A DNA stretch of 64,000 nucleotides, from NCBI GenBank assembly GCA_963761335.1, contig CAVXGR010000012.1:160001-224000 (forward strand), read 5' to 3'. Made by a program: the position numbers and the translations under genes. The notes beneath the pieces were generated by a model. That model had not been told where the DNA came from. It was given only the letters and a program-made list of their open reading frames with translations, and did not search any database. Below, one piece after another: positions 1 through 12,365 of this stretch. Numbering within the stretch: the first letter of the stretch is position 1; every line of letters begins with the position of its first letter. The DNA comes from an uncultured delta proteobacterium (GTDB lineage Bacteria; Desulfobacterota; Binatia; HRBIN30; BPIQ01).

Positions 1-1
1 A

Positions 2-373
2 CAGCCGCACGCCCAGGGCCGCGCCTACACCTTGGTCGATGCCCAGGTGCCGATGCGCGAGTACGTGCCCCTCTATCGAGAGATCACTCGCGGCTCGTGG
101 CGCGCCGTCTTCGTGCCGGCGGCACTGCCGCTGGCCCTGCTCGGGCCGGCGGCCTTCGCCGCGCGCCTCGCCGGCCGCCGCCTTCCGGTCTCGGCCCACC
201 AGATCGAGCGCACCACCTGGAGCGCGCAGTTCGACTGTCGCCGCGCCACCGGCGAGCTCGGCTGGACGCCGCGCGTATCGCTGCGCGAGGGACTGCAGCG
301 CGCGCTGACGGCCAACGGCGCCGCCGCCGCGCCGAGCGACACTGCGGATCGATACTCCTATGAGACCCATTGA
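2..373 (+). CDS. NAD-dependent epimerase/dehydratase, C-terminal part (truncated by window start)
   Basis: Frame open from position 2 (QPHAQGRAYTLVD...); ends with the extended-SDR tail FDCRRATGELGWTPRVSLREGL. Confidence 0.7.
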   Translation, partial: QPHAQGRAYTLVDAQVPMREYVPLYREITRGSWRAVFVPAALPLALLGPAAFAARLAGRRLPVSAHQIERTTWSAQFDCRRATGELGWTPRVSLREGLQRALTANGAAAAPSDTADRYSYETH

Positions 374-1097
374 CCAGCCCGCCGAGCTGAAAGAGTACTA
401 TCAGGACACCGAGGTCGTTGCGGACTACATCCGCAAGAGGACCGCTCAGCCGCTCAACGGCGCCATGCACGTCCGGCAGGTGCAGTTCCTCGACGAGGTG
501 ATCGCGGCGCGCGCTCCTCGCGCCGTGCTGGAGCTGGCTCCGGGCCCGGCGCGTCTCACCGCCGAGATTCGGCCCGTGCCCTTCGGCATCGCCGCCGACT
601 TCAGCCCCGGCATGTTGCAGACGGCGCGTCGGCGGACCGAACAGGCGGGGCGTCGCTGGAGCTTCATGCGCGCCGACGCCTTCTCGCTGCCGCTGCGCGA
701 CGCACAGCTCGATCTGGCCTTCACGCTGCGCTTCGTCCGTCACTTCGCCGCCGCGGATCGGCACCGCCTGTATCAGGAGATCCGCCGCGTGCTGCGCCCC
801 GGCGGGGCGTTGGTGATCGACGCCCAGAACCGCCTCGTACGCGGCCGCGATCACGTGACGCGACACGCCGTCTTCGACGAGCTCTACACCGCCGACGAGC
901 TGCGGCAGGAGCTCGAGCGAGAGGGCTTTCGGGTGCTGCGCATGGAGGGCATCATCCGCCACCACGCGCTGCAGCGCTCGCTCAATCGCCTGCGGGCGCT
1001 GGGCCTGGGGGCGGTGGCGCGCCAGATGATCGATGCCGTCGAGCGCCTGCCGAGCGCCAACCCCTCGACCTGGATGGTGCTGAGCGAGCGCACCTGA
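360..1097 (+). CDS. Class I SAM-dependent methyltransferase
   Basis: VLELAPGPAR motif I, ADFSPGML, ADAFSLP, EIRRVLRPGG. Confidence 0.9.
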   Translation: MRPIDQPAELKEYYQDTEVVADYIRKRTAQPLNGAMHVRQVQFLDEVIAARAPRAVLELAPGPARLTAEIRPVPFGIAADFSPGMLQTARRRTEQAGRRWSFMRADAFSLPLRDAQLDLAFTLRFVRHFAAADRHRLYQEIRRVLRPGGALVIDAQNRLVRGRDHVTRHAVFDELYTADELRQELEREGFRVLRMEGIIRHHALQRSLNRLRALGLGAVARQMIDAVERLPSANPSTWMVLSERT

Positions 1098-1181
1098 AAG
1101 CGCGGCTGCACCGCAGCCGCCGGGGCCGCCGCCCAGAGCCATCGGCGGTCCGCCTCCCACAGGCTCTTTCGAGTCGTCCCA

Positions 1182-2315
1182 ATGACCGCCCCTCTGGATC
1201 TGAAGCTCGCCGCGGTTCACGTCCGCTTCGAGAGCGACCGTGCCGAGCTCACCGAGTACGCGCGCGCGCACCTGGAGCCGTTGCTGCTGGAAGCTCCTTC
1301 TGCGGCTCCGGAGATCACCGCCAAGCTGCATTGGATCGAAGGCCACCCGCCCCCGGACCCCGCCTCGACGTACGCGGGAATCCGCGGCTGGGACCGAGTC
1401 GATCGCGATCTCTACGGCACCCCTGGTCAGCTGGTGTGGCTGCGGCTCGACGAGCTGCGCGACCTGCACCTTCACTTCCGCTGGGACGGCCGGCGGCTGG
1501 AGGTCGAGGGCCGTTTCTACCACCGCCTGAGCAACACCCCCTCGGCCGACCGCCTGCGCCGCCTCGTCTTCCACCGGCAGCTCGACGGCCTGCGCCGCAA
1601 GCGCTTCACGCGGCTGCTCTACTATCTGGTCTACTACCCGGCGTTCTGGTGGATGGAGCACATGGAGCAGGCGCATCCGCTTCACGCCGGCGCCGTCGAC
1701 ACTCCGGCCGGCGCCTTGGTGCTGGCCGGTCCGAGCGGCGTGGGCAAGTCGACGCTGACGGTCGCCTTGGCGGCGAGCCCCGGAGCGCGACTGATGTCGG
1801 ACACCTTCGTCCTGCACCGCGGGAGCGAGATCTGGGCGGTGCCCGAGCCGCTGCTTCTCGATGCCTGGAGCCGCCAGTGGCTCGGCGAGGCGGCGCAGTC
1901 TCTGCAGCTTGTGGAGCATCCGTACATGCTGTCGCGCCGCGGCTACCTGGCGCCGCGCGCGGCGCTGGCGACGCGCGCCGAGGCCGCCGCCGTGCTGCTG
2001 CCGCACCGCGCCCCGCAGCCCTTTGTGCGCCGCCTCGAGGCCGCCGAGGCGGCGGCGCGCATCGATGCCTACGACGACATCGTCAACGACCTGCGGCGCT
2101 ATCGCGCCGTGGCCGCCGTGCTCGAGATGCTCGGCCCCGCCGGGCTGGCGCGCTCGCGCCTCGCCGGGCTCGACCAGCTGACCGCCGCCGCGGCCTGTTA
2201 CGAAGTCGGCCTGACCTCCGCCATGTCGCGGGCCGAGGCGGTCGATATGATCCTCAACCAGTGTGACGCCGGCAATGGCCATCGCCCACGCACCGCAGCT
2301 CGAACGCACGCCTGA
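1182..2315 (+). CDS. HPr kinase-related P-loop protein
   Basis: LHAGAV...LAGPSGVGKST...LMSDT, the HprK C-terminal-like motif order. Confidence 0.65.
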   Translation: MTAPLDLKLAAVHVRFESDRAELTEYARAHLEPLLLEAPSAAPEITAKLHWIEGHPPPDPASTYAGIRGWDRVDRDLYGTPGQLVWLRLDELRDLHLHFRWDGRRLEVEGRFYHRLSNTPSADRLRRLVFHRQLDGLRRKRFTRLLYYLVYYPAFWWMEHMEQAHPLHAGAVDTPAGALVLAGPSGVGKSTLTVALAASPGARLMSDTFVLHRGSEIWAVPEPLLLDAWSRQWLGEAAQSLQLVEHPYMLSRRGYLAPRAALATRAEAAAVLLPHRAPQPFVRRLEAAEAAARIDAYDDIVNDLRRYRAVAAVLEMLGPAGLARSRLAGLDQLTAAAACYEVGLTSAMSRAEAVDMILNQCDAGNGHRPRTAARTHA

Positions 2316-3557
2316 GCCCGTGGCCACAGCGCCGCAGACCCGCACCGCCCTCTTCGTGGAGGCGTCCAGCGGCGGTGTCGTCGGCGGCTCGCTCACCGGC
2401 CTCGTGCACCAGATGCGCGGCATGGGAGCCGGCTGGCGGTCGGTTCTGGTTCTCTATGAGCCCAAGGCGATCGAGGCCGAGCTCCTCGGCCTCGGGGTCC
2501 GCTGCCATCACGTGCGCCGCTGGCGAGTGCCCAAGGAGCACGTGCTGCAGAAATCGAACGCCTACCACACCGTGCGGCGCGCCGGTCTCGTCCGCAACAC
2601 GCTGCATCTCAGCCGCCTTCTGCTGCGCACCGTCGCCGAGGAGTTCCCCGCCTCCCTGGCGCTGGCGCGCATCATCCGCGCCGAGAAGGCGGATATCGTC
2701 CACCTGGGCAACGGCGTGCGCGCCAACTTCGACGCCATTCTCGCCTGCTGGATGACGCGCACCGCCTGCATCGCCCACGGCAAGGGCTTCGAGAAGTACG
2801 GCGGCCGCGAGCGCTGGGCGGCCGCGCACATCGACGCGCTGGTCTGCATGAGCAGCGCCGTGAAGGCCCACTGCGAGCGCAGCGGTGTCATCGCGCCGCG
2901 CATGCCGGTGATCTACGATGCCGTCGACGTCGCCGGCTTTCGGCCGACTCGGCCGCGCCAGGCGGTGCGCGCCGAGCTCGGCATCGGACCCGGCGACTGC
3001 GCCGCGGGAATTCTCGGCGGCATTCAGGAGTGGAAGGGACAGGCGGTGGTGGTCGAGGCGATCGCCCGCATCCGCCGGGAGCTGCCGAACCTGCGCTGCC
3101 TCATCGTCGGGGGCGTGCACCGCGCCGGCGAGCGCTACGCCGAGGGGCTGCGGCAGAAGGTCACGGCGCTCGGCCTCGACGACGTGGTTCGCTTCACCGG
3201 GTTTCGCCACGACGTACCCGACGTGATCAATGCCCTCGACGTCGTCGTGCACGCCTCGACGCGACCGGAGCCCTTTGGGCGGGTGATCCTGGAGGGCATG
3301 CTGCTCGGCCGCTCGGTCATCGCCGCCGCCGCCGGCGGCGTCGTCGAGTTCGTCGAGGATGGCCGCACCGGGTTTCTGGTACCGCCCGGAGACGCGGAGA
3401 AGATGGCCGAACGCCTCGCCACCCTGGCCCGCGATCCGGAGCTGCGGGCGCGGCTCGGACGCGAGGCACAGAGCGAGTCCCGCGAGCGCTTCTCGCTGGC
3501 GCATCACGTCGAGGCCATGACACACCTGTACCAATCCGTACTGGAGGAAAGAAAACG

Positions 3558-3561
<4 letters not shown>
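2275..3561 (+). CDS. Glycosyltransferase family 4
   Basis: WKGQ, FTGFRHDV, PEPFGRVILEGM; start uncertain (2263/2275). Confidence 0.9.
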
Positions 3562-5343
<1,782 letters not shown>

Positions 5344-5360
<17 letters not shown>

Positions 5361-6549
5361 GCTGTTCTTGGGGCTCGCGCTGGGCGTGTTCGGCCTGATC
5401 TTCGCCTTCGTCACCGTGGAGGCCGGGGTGCGCTTCCTGCACCTCGAGCCCGACCGCTTCTGGGAGGCCGATCCGCTGCTGGGCAGCCGGCACATCCCTG
5501 GGAAGTCGGGCTGGTGGACTCAGGAAGATCACGAGTTCCTCGTCCCGATCCACATCAACGAGGACGGCTGGCGCGGGCCGCGACGCACCCGGGAGAAGCC
5601 GGCCGGGACCTTTCGCGTCCTGGTTCTCGGCGACTCGTTCAGCGAGGGTTTCCAGGTGCCCCTCGCCGATTCGTTCCCGCGGGTGCTGGAAGGAGAGCTT
5701 CAGAAGCGCCTTCCATCCGTCCCGGTGCAGGTGATCAACACCGGAGTCAGCGGCTACGGCACCGCCGGAGAGCTCCTTCTCTTCGAGCGCGACGGCAAGC
5801 AATATCAACCGGATCTGGTGCTGCTGGCCTTCTATCCGGGCAACGACGTGATGAACAACAGCCCACAGCTCGAGGACACCCTGGTGCCAACCTACGACGG
5901 CGGCGGCACGCCGAAGAAGGTGAAGTGGGCGGGCAAACACAAGGCGGCGCGCGGCCTGCGCGGCCTGTTGGCGCAGTCGGCCGCCTATCGATACGGGCGC
6001 CGCATCCTGCTGAACGGCCACCCGCAGCTGGCGCAGCGTCTGGCCCACTGGGGCCTCCTCAAGCCTCAAGCGATACACCGGCAACCGGCGCTCGACGGGA
6101 TGCCGAGGTCCTATCAGGTGTACGGCGCGCCGGACGCCGCCTGGGATGCTGCCTGGGAGCACACCAGTCGGCTGCTCGACGATCTGGCCGCGGCGACGCG
6201 GCGAGCCGGCGCCCGACTGGCGGTGGCCATCGTCAGCAGCCGCGACGAGCTCTACCCGGAAGACTGGCAGAGCATCCTCGATACCTATCCGCAGATGAAG
6301 GGCAGGGAGTGGCATCTCGATGGGCCGCGGCACCGCGTCGAGGCGCTCTGTCGCAGCAAGGGGATTCCCGTGCTCGACCTGACGCCGGCTATGCAGGGCG
6401 CGGTGCGCGACGGGCAGGCGATTCACTTTCACCACGACGGTCACTGGACCCCGGCGGGACAACGCCTCGCCGGCGAGAACATGGCTGCCTTTCTCGTTCA
6501 GCAAAAGCTCATTCCCTCAGCAATGGAGGTTCCAAATGAAGTTCGTTAA
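5344..6549 (+). CDS. Membrane-anchored SGNH/GDSL-fold protein (AlgX/AlgJ/DltD-like)
   Basis: N-terminal TM helix, VLGDSFSEG, NTGVSGYGT, GND, DGHWT. Confidence 0.85.
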
Positions 6550-6715
6550 GGGCGCAAAGACCCGTTTCGGCATCGCCGGCGAGCTCCTCACCTTTCTCTG
6601 GGCCCGCAAGATGTGGTGGATGATCCCGATGGTGTTCGTGCTGCTCGTCTTCGGCGGGCTGCTGGTGACGGCGCAGAGCACAGCGCTTGGTCCCTTCATC
6701 TACACGCTGTTCTGA
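6536..6715 (+). CDS. DUF5989/SxtK-like small membrane protein, 59 aa (absent from ORF track)
   Basis: GGAGG RBS upstream; MKFVKGAKTRFGIAGELLTFLWARKMWWMIPMVFVLLVFGGLLVTAQSTALGPFIYTLF; KxWWxxP...PFIYTLF signature. Confidence 0.9.
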   Translation: MKFVKGAKTRFGIAGELLTFLWARKMWWMIPMVFVLLVFGGLLVTAQSTALGPFIYTLF

Positions 6716-6717
6716 GC

Positions 6718-9700
6718 TTGCGGCCCCCTTGGCGGGGGCCGCAGCCATCGCCGAGGGCCGCGTGTAGATGGTTGTCTCTGTTCGCTCTGATCTTGCTGTG
6801 CGACGCCGGCGTCGCCAGTGCGGCGGTGTACTACGTCCGCACCTCGGGCGACGATGCCGCATCGGGGACCAGCCCCGGCGCCGCCCTGCGCACGGTCAAC
6901 GAAGCGGCGCGGCGCATCGGCAATCCGGGGGACGAGGTGATCGTCGGCCCCGGAACTTATGACGAAGGCAACGTGCTCCCCGACTGGAACGGCATCTCCG
7001 GCTTCCCCGTCGAGCTCCTCGGCGACCGCAGCGGCGCGCTCACCGGTGATGCGCCTGGAGACGTGGTGCTGCGCCCGCCCGCGGGAGAGTCGGGATTCCT
7101 CCTGCTCAGCAGGCGTTTCATCATCATCGACGGCTTCACCATCGACGGCGCCACCGACCCCGGCATCCAGGTGCGGGCGGCCATGGGCGACGTGAACAGC
7201 TCCGATATCACCATCCGCAACACCACCGTGCGCAACGGCGCCAAGATCGGCATCGACGTCGCGGCCACGGGGGTGATTCGCCTGGAGAGCAATCAGATCA
7301 CCGGCAACGGCAGCACCGGCATCTTCGTGGAGGGCTGCATCGCTCCCTCGAGCCGCTGCAGCCTGACGTCATCCGCGGTCGCGACTCCGCTCATCGTCGG
7401 CAACCAGATCGGCGGCAATGGCGTGGGCGACGCGGCCACCGGGCACGGCGTGTTCCTCCTCAACGTCGGCGGCAGCGCCGCGCAGCCGCGCGCCGCCGTG
7501 CAGAACAACGAGCTCACCAACAACCAGGGCTTCGGGGTTCTGATCCGCTCCTCCGCCTCGGTCGACGTGCCCGACAATCACCTCGACGGAAACCGCGACG
7601 GCGGCGTTCGCATCGGCGTCGCCGGCGACGCTTCCAGTGCCGGGAGCGACATCGCGGTTACGGGAAACGACGTCAGCGGTGGCGGCCCGACCTCCACCGG
7701 AATTGCCGTCACCGCCGGTGGCGCCATGAACATCGAGGATAATGTGGTGCAGCAAACGGCCTCGATCGGCATCTCCATCGAGGCCCTCGGCGCGGCGGTG
7801 GAGATCACGGCACGCAGCAATCTCATCGAGGACGCCGGATCCCACGGCATCTCGCTTGCCGGCGGCGTCCCGGCGGTGGCGGACAACGTCGTACGGCGCA
7901 GCCACGGGCAGGGGATCACCATCGCCGGTGCCACCGCCGGGGCGACCGTCACCGGCAACCAGGCCGACGACAGCGACAACGTCGGTATCTCCGTGACCGC
8001 CGCGGGCTCGGTGAAGGTCAGCCAGAACCAGGCGCTGCGCAGCGGCAGCGTCGGCATCTCCGTCGCCGGCCTCACCGGGAGGACGGTGATCCCGACGGTC
8101 ACCGCCAACCGCTCCGGCAGCAACGGCGCCGCCGGTATCCTGCTGCGTGCCGCCGCCGGCGGGGCCGTGCAGAACAACATCGCCTACAGCAACGCCAACA
8201 ACGGCATCGACCTGCAGAGCGCAACCGGTGTCCTGCTCGCCAACAACCTGGTGTACGCCAACGGCGAAAACGGCCTGGCGATCGGAACCGGCGGCGACGG
8301 TTCTCCCGACGCGGTCGTGGTGAACAACACCTCCTACGGCAACGGATCGATCGCGCTGGCAAAGGGGTGGGGCCTGCTGATCGGCTCCAGCACCGGCGCG
8401 GGCAGCGATTCGCCGGGAGCGGTGGTCCTCGACAACATCTTCGCGCAGAACGGAGCGGGCGGAATCGCCGTCTCCGGGAACTCGCGCTGCGACTATGTCG
8501 CCGGCTACAACGTCAACCCCAACGGCTACGGCAGCGGCACGCGCCGCAACACCTACGACCGAGCCGTCGATCCGCTCTTCGTACGGCCGGCCGGACTCGA
8601 TGGCCGGCTCGGCGGCGACGGTGCCGCCGACGACGATTTCCACCTGCGCCAACCGCAGGGCGGCCAGGCCGCGAAGAGCCCGGCGGTCGACGGCGGCTCG
8701 ACGCGGGCGGCGGTGCGCGGCCTCGGGGGCTCCACGGCCACAGGAGGCGCACCCGACACCGGCCTCCTCGACGCCGGCTTTCACTACGGCGCGCCGGCCG
8801 AGCAGCCGCTCGCCGTGCCCATCCCGTACATGCCCCTCTTCGTGCGCGCCGGGACAGGGCGACGACTCCAACGACGGGCTTCGGCCCGAGCGCGCCCTGG
8901 CCAGTATCCGCACCGCCGGCCTCCGCGCCGCCGCCGGCAACACCATCATCGTCGGCCCGGGCACCTACCACGAAGGCAACATCCGCGTGCAGAACCTCAG
9001 TGGCCCAGTGGCTTTCCTCGCCGATCCCACCGGCATGGCGACCGGCGACCCGCCCGGCCTCGTCCTCGTCGACGCCGGCGCCTTCGGCTCGGCTCCGGCG
9101 CAGGACACCGGCTTCATCCTCATGGGCTCGTGCGGTGCCGTCACCGTGCGCGGCTTCCAGGTCTCGGGCGCCGTCAGCGCCGGGATTCAGGTGCGCGCCG
9201 GTGCCGACGGCGCCACCATCGCGGACAACGTCGCCTTCAACAATCAACGCCGCGGCATCGAGGTGCTCGGCGCCCAGGCCGCCGAGGTGCGCAACAACCT
9301 GGTCTTCTCCAACGGCACCGGCGGCGTGCGGGTGGCGAGCAGCAGCGGCTCGAGCGTCGTCAACAACACCGTCTACGGCAATGCCGCCGACGGCGTCCTG
9401 ATCGGCGGTGCCGCGGTCACCGATGCGGCTCCAGGAACCTCGGTGCTGCGCAACGTGGTGGCACAGAACGGCACCTCGCAGATCCAGATGTCGAACTCCG
9501 ATCTCGGCTACGTCAGCCGCAACAACGTCGTCTTCGGCGTCACCCCCTTCGCCGGCAAGACGCCGCGCGGCGACGGCGACTTCATCGCCGACCCGCTGCT
9601 GACCGGGCCGGGGAGCGGAGATTTTCACCTGTCGCAAACGCCGGGCGCCATCAGCCCGGCGGTGAACATCGATGCCTCGGCAAGCGCGACACTGGCCGAG

Positions 9701-11120
9701 GGCACGACCCGCCTGGACGGCCTTCCGGATGTCGATGCCGCTGACGCCGGCTATCACTACCCGTTCTTGCCGCCGCTGTTGATTCCGCCGTCGCTGGCTC
9801 CGGGCGCGCTGCTCACCCCGCACATCCAGCACGTGCTCTACGTCCGCTCCGCTGGCTGCGACAACTGTGCCGGCAACAGCCCGGCGACGGCACTGGCAAC
9901 GGTGCGGCGGGCGCTGCAGAAGGCCTCCGGCTCCACCCTGGTGGTCATTGGTCCGGGCACCTACGTCGAGCCACACCTGCAGATCGGCAGCCGCGACGGC
10001 AGCGGCCCGTTCCCGGTTTTGCTCGGCGATGCCGCCGGCGCGATCACCGGCGACGCCCCCGGCCGCGTCTACGTCGACAGCGGCGGCAGCGGCGCCACGC
10101 TCAGCGGTCCCGCGATGATCGATGGTCTGGTCTTCACCGGCTCGCGCGGTCCCGGGCTGCGCACCCGCAACACGGCGCAGCCGGCTGTGCTGCGCAACTC
10201 CGTCGTCTGTGGCAATCGCGGCGGCGGCATCGCCGCGGTCGCCGACGGCATGCGCTTCTTCAACGATCTGATCTTCGGCAACGGCAGCACCGGCGCCGTC
10301 CTGCGGCTGCGCCGACCGCAGAGCACCGTCCAGTTCATCAACAACACCGTCGTCGCCAACGGCGGGCAGGGGCTCTATGCGCGCGAGAGCGGCGGCGCCG
10401 CGTCGCGGCTGCTGGCCTACAACAACATCATCTCCGGCAACGGCGGCACGGGCATGCTCCTGCGCGTCGGCGGCAACCCGGCGGAGGTGCAGGCCGGCCA
10501 CAACCTGAACAGCGACGGATACGGCCCGCGCACCCTGCCGGCCCCGGGAGACATCACCGATCCGCCGCTGTTCATCGCCGGGGACGCCAGCCCGCTGGTG
10601 GGTTGCAGCACCGCCGACAATTACTTCGTCGGGTTCTACAGCGCCGCGATCGATAACGGACTCGGCGCCGCAAGTGCCTACGGGCTGGCGCAGCGCTCGG
10701 TGGTCGTCAGCCGCGCCACCGACACCGGGACCACGGACATCGGTTATCACTACGAGGCCGATCGCACCCCGATGATCGCGGCGACGCCGACGCGCACCTC
10801 CACGGCCACGCCCACGCCGACGCGAACTGCCACCGCCACCCCGACGGCAACGCCGACGCGAACCGCTACTGTCACCCCAACGGCAACACCGACGCCGACG
10901 CCGAGCGAGACAGCCACGGCTTCGGCGACCCCGACGACGACGCCCTCACGGACGCCGACGGACACAGCGACAGCGACGGCGACGCCCGAGCGAGACACCG
11001 CCGGCGACCGAGTCGCCGACGACGACCGAGACTGCGACGGCAACCGAGACGCCGACAGAGACGCCGGCGGCAACCGAGACGCGGACGGCGACCGCGGTCG
11101 CCACGGAGACACCGCAATGA
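6718..11120 (+). CDS. Large secreted right-handed beta-helix protein with three DUF1565-like modules and a Pro/Thr tail; two apparent frameshifts (~8851-8859, ~10985)
   Basis: Signal peptide ...GVASA|AVYYVRTSGDD; repeated NN/GN/GI beta-helix rungs; after repair ends ...TETPQ-TGA at 11118-11120; start uncertain (6718/6772). Confidence 0.8.
10781..11116 (+). repeat. Low-complexity Pro/Thr/Ala-coding repeat (TPTATPT...)
   Basis: Imperfect acg-ccg-acg / gcg-acg tandem codons. Confidence 0.9.
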
Positions 11121-12346
11121 CGAGCACCAGTGCCGCGCCGACACGCCACTCGCTGGCTGTTGCGCCATCACCCGCGAGCCGGCGCGTGCGCGTCGCCTAT
11201 GTGATTCGCGACCTGCGGCTCGGCGGCGGCACCGAAAACCACCTGATGCAGGTCTTCCAGCATCTCGACCGCAAGCGCTTCGCGCCGACGCTTTATCTGC
11301 TGTGGGAGCACGGCGAGCTGGTGGCGCGCGTCCGCGAGCTGGGTATTCCGGTGTTCGACGGCGGCATGCGCGGCTCCCTGGTCAGCCCGGCGCTCGCCCC
11401 CTGCGTGGCCCGTTTCGCCGGCGCTTTTCGCCGCGAGAAGGTCGACGTGGTGCACACCTACCTGCCGCGCGGCGAGCTCGTCGGCGCCGTCGCCGCCCGC
11501 CTGGCAGGCGTGCCGGTGGTGGTGTGCAGCAAGCGCGGTTGCCACCACCGCAGCGGCGCCGAAGGCATCGGTGCCCGCATCGCCAACCGCCTCAGCGACC
11601 GCGTGCTCTCCAACGCCCGCGCCGTGCAGGAGTTCGTCGCCGCCGACGAGCGCTGCAATCCGGCAAAGATGCTGGTGATCGAGAACGGCGTCGACACCGA
11701 CCGCTTCGCGCCGGTCACCGATCCGGCGCCGTTTCGCCAGAGGCTCGGTCTCGATCCGGCGCGGCCGGTGATCGGCACAGTGACGCGGGCGCGAGTGCGC
11801 AAAGGCTACGAGGAGTTCCTGCGCGCCGCCGGCGCCGTCTGCCGCACGCACCGGCAGGTCCAGGTGGTGGTGGTCGGCCAGGACACCCGCGAGCTGGCGC
11901 CGCAGCAGCTGATCGACGAGGTCGGTCTACGCGACCATCTTCACCTTCTCGGCCTGCGCACCGATATCCCCGAGGTCATGGCCGCGTTCGACGTCTTCGT
12001 GCTGTCCTCGCACGACGAGGGCATGTCGAACGCGCTCATGGAGGCGATGTCGGTGGGAAAGCCGGTAGTGGCCACCGACGTCGGCGGCAACGGCGAGATG
12101 GTGATCGCCGGTGAGACCGGGTTGCTGGTGCCGGCGAAGGCGCCGGAGCCGCTCGCCGAAGCGCTGCGCCAGGTGCTCGATCACCCGGCGCGGGGCATCG
12201 AGATGGGACAGCGCGGCCGCGCCGTGGTCGAGGAGCGCTTCGCCCTGCGCGTCATGGTGCGCCGCATCCAGGATCTCTACGAAACGCTTCTCAGAGAACG
12301 CGGCTCCGGGAACGCGGCCATCCCGGCCGCGACAGATCGATCATAA
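11117..12346 (+). CDS. Glycosyltransferase family 4
   Basis: GGGTENHL, NGVD, RKGY, EGMSNALMEAM, TDVGG; ATG overlaps the repaired upstream TGA. Confidence 0.9.
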   Translation: MTSTSAAPTRHSLAVAPSPASRRVRVAYVIRDLRLGGGTENHLMQVFQHLDRKRFAPTLYLLWEHGELVARVRELGIPVFDGGMRGSLVSPALAPCVARFAGAFRREKVDVVHTYLPRGELVGAVAARLAGVPVVVCSKRGCHHRSGAEGIGARIANRLSDRVLSNARAVQEFVAADERCNPAKMLVIENGVDTDRFAPVTDPAPFRQRLGLDPARPVIGTVTRARVRKGYEEFLRAAGAVCRTHRQVQVVVVGQDTRELAPQQLIDEVGLRDHLHLLGLRTDIPEVMAAFDVFVLSSHDEGMSNALMEAMSVGKPVVATDVGGNGEMVIAGETGLLVPAKAPEPLAEALRQVLDHPARGIEMGQRGRAVVEERFALRVMVRRIQDLYETLLRERGSGNAAIPAATDRS

Positions 12347-12365
12347 ACCAGCAAGGGAGAGGGGC

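Noticed and set aside
6719..6743. GC hairpin after the small peptide gene (similar hairpin at 1102-1120) as a terminator
   Set aside because: No U-tract and it may lie within the next gene's start region; at most an mRNA stability element.
8851..8859. Programmed frameshifting or phase variation at the three frameshift sites
   Set aside because: The runs are only 3-4 nt with no slippery heptamer; three similar single-base insertions in one window point to sequencing error.
10781..11116. Possible CRISPR array or DNA-level tandem repeat
   Set aside because: Degenerate codon-level Pro/Thr repeat with no constant repeat-spacer structure and no cas genes.
8495..12346. 1283-aa beta-helix + glycosyltransferase fusion ORF
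   Set aside because: Produced by a frameshift at ~10985; the repaired frame stops at 11120 and the GT4 has its own coupled ATG at 11117.
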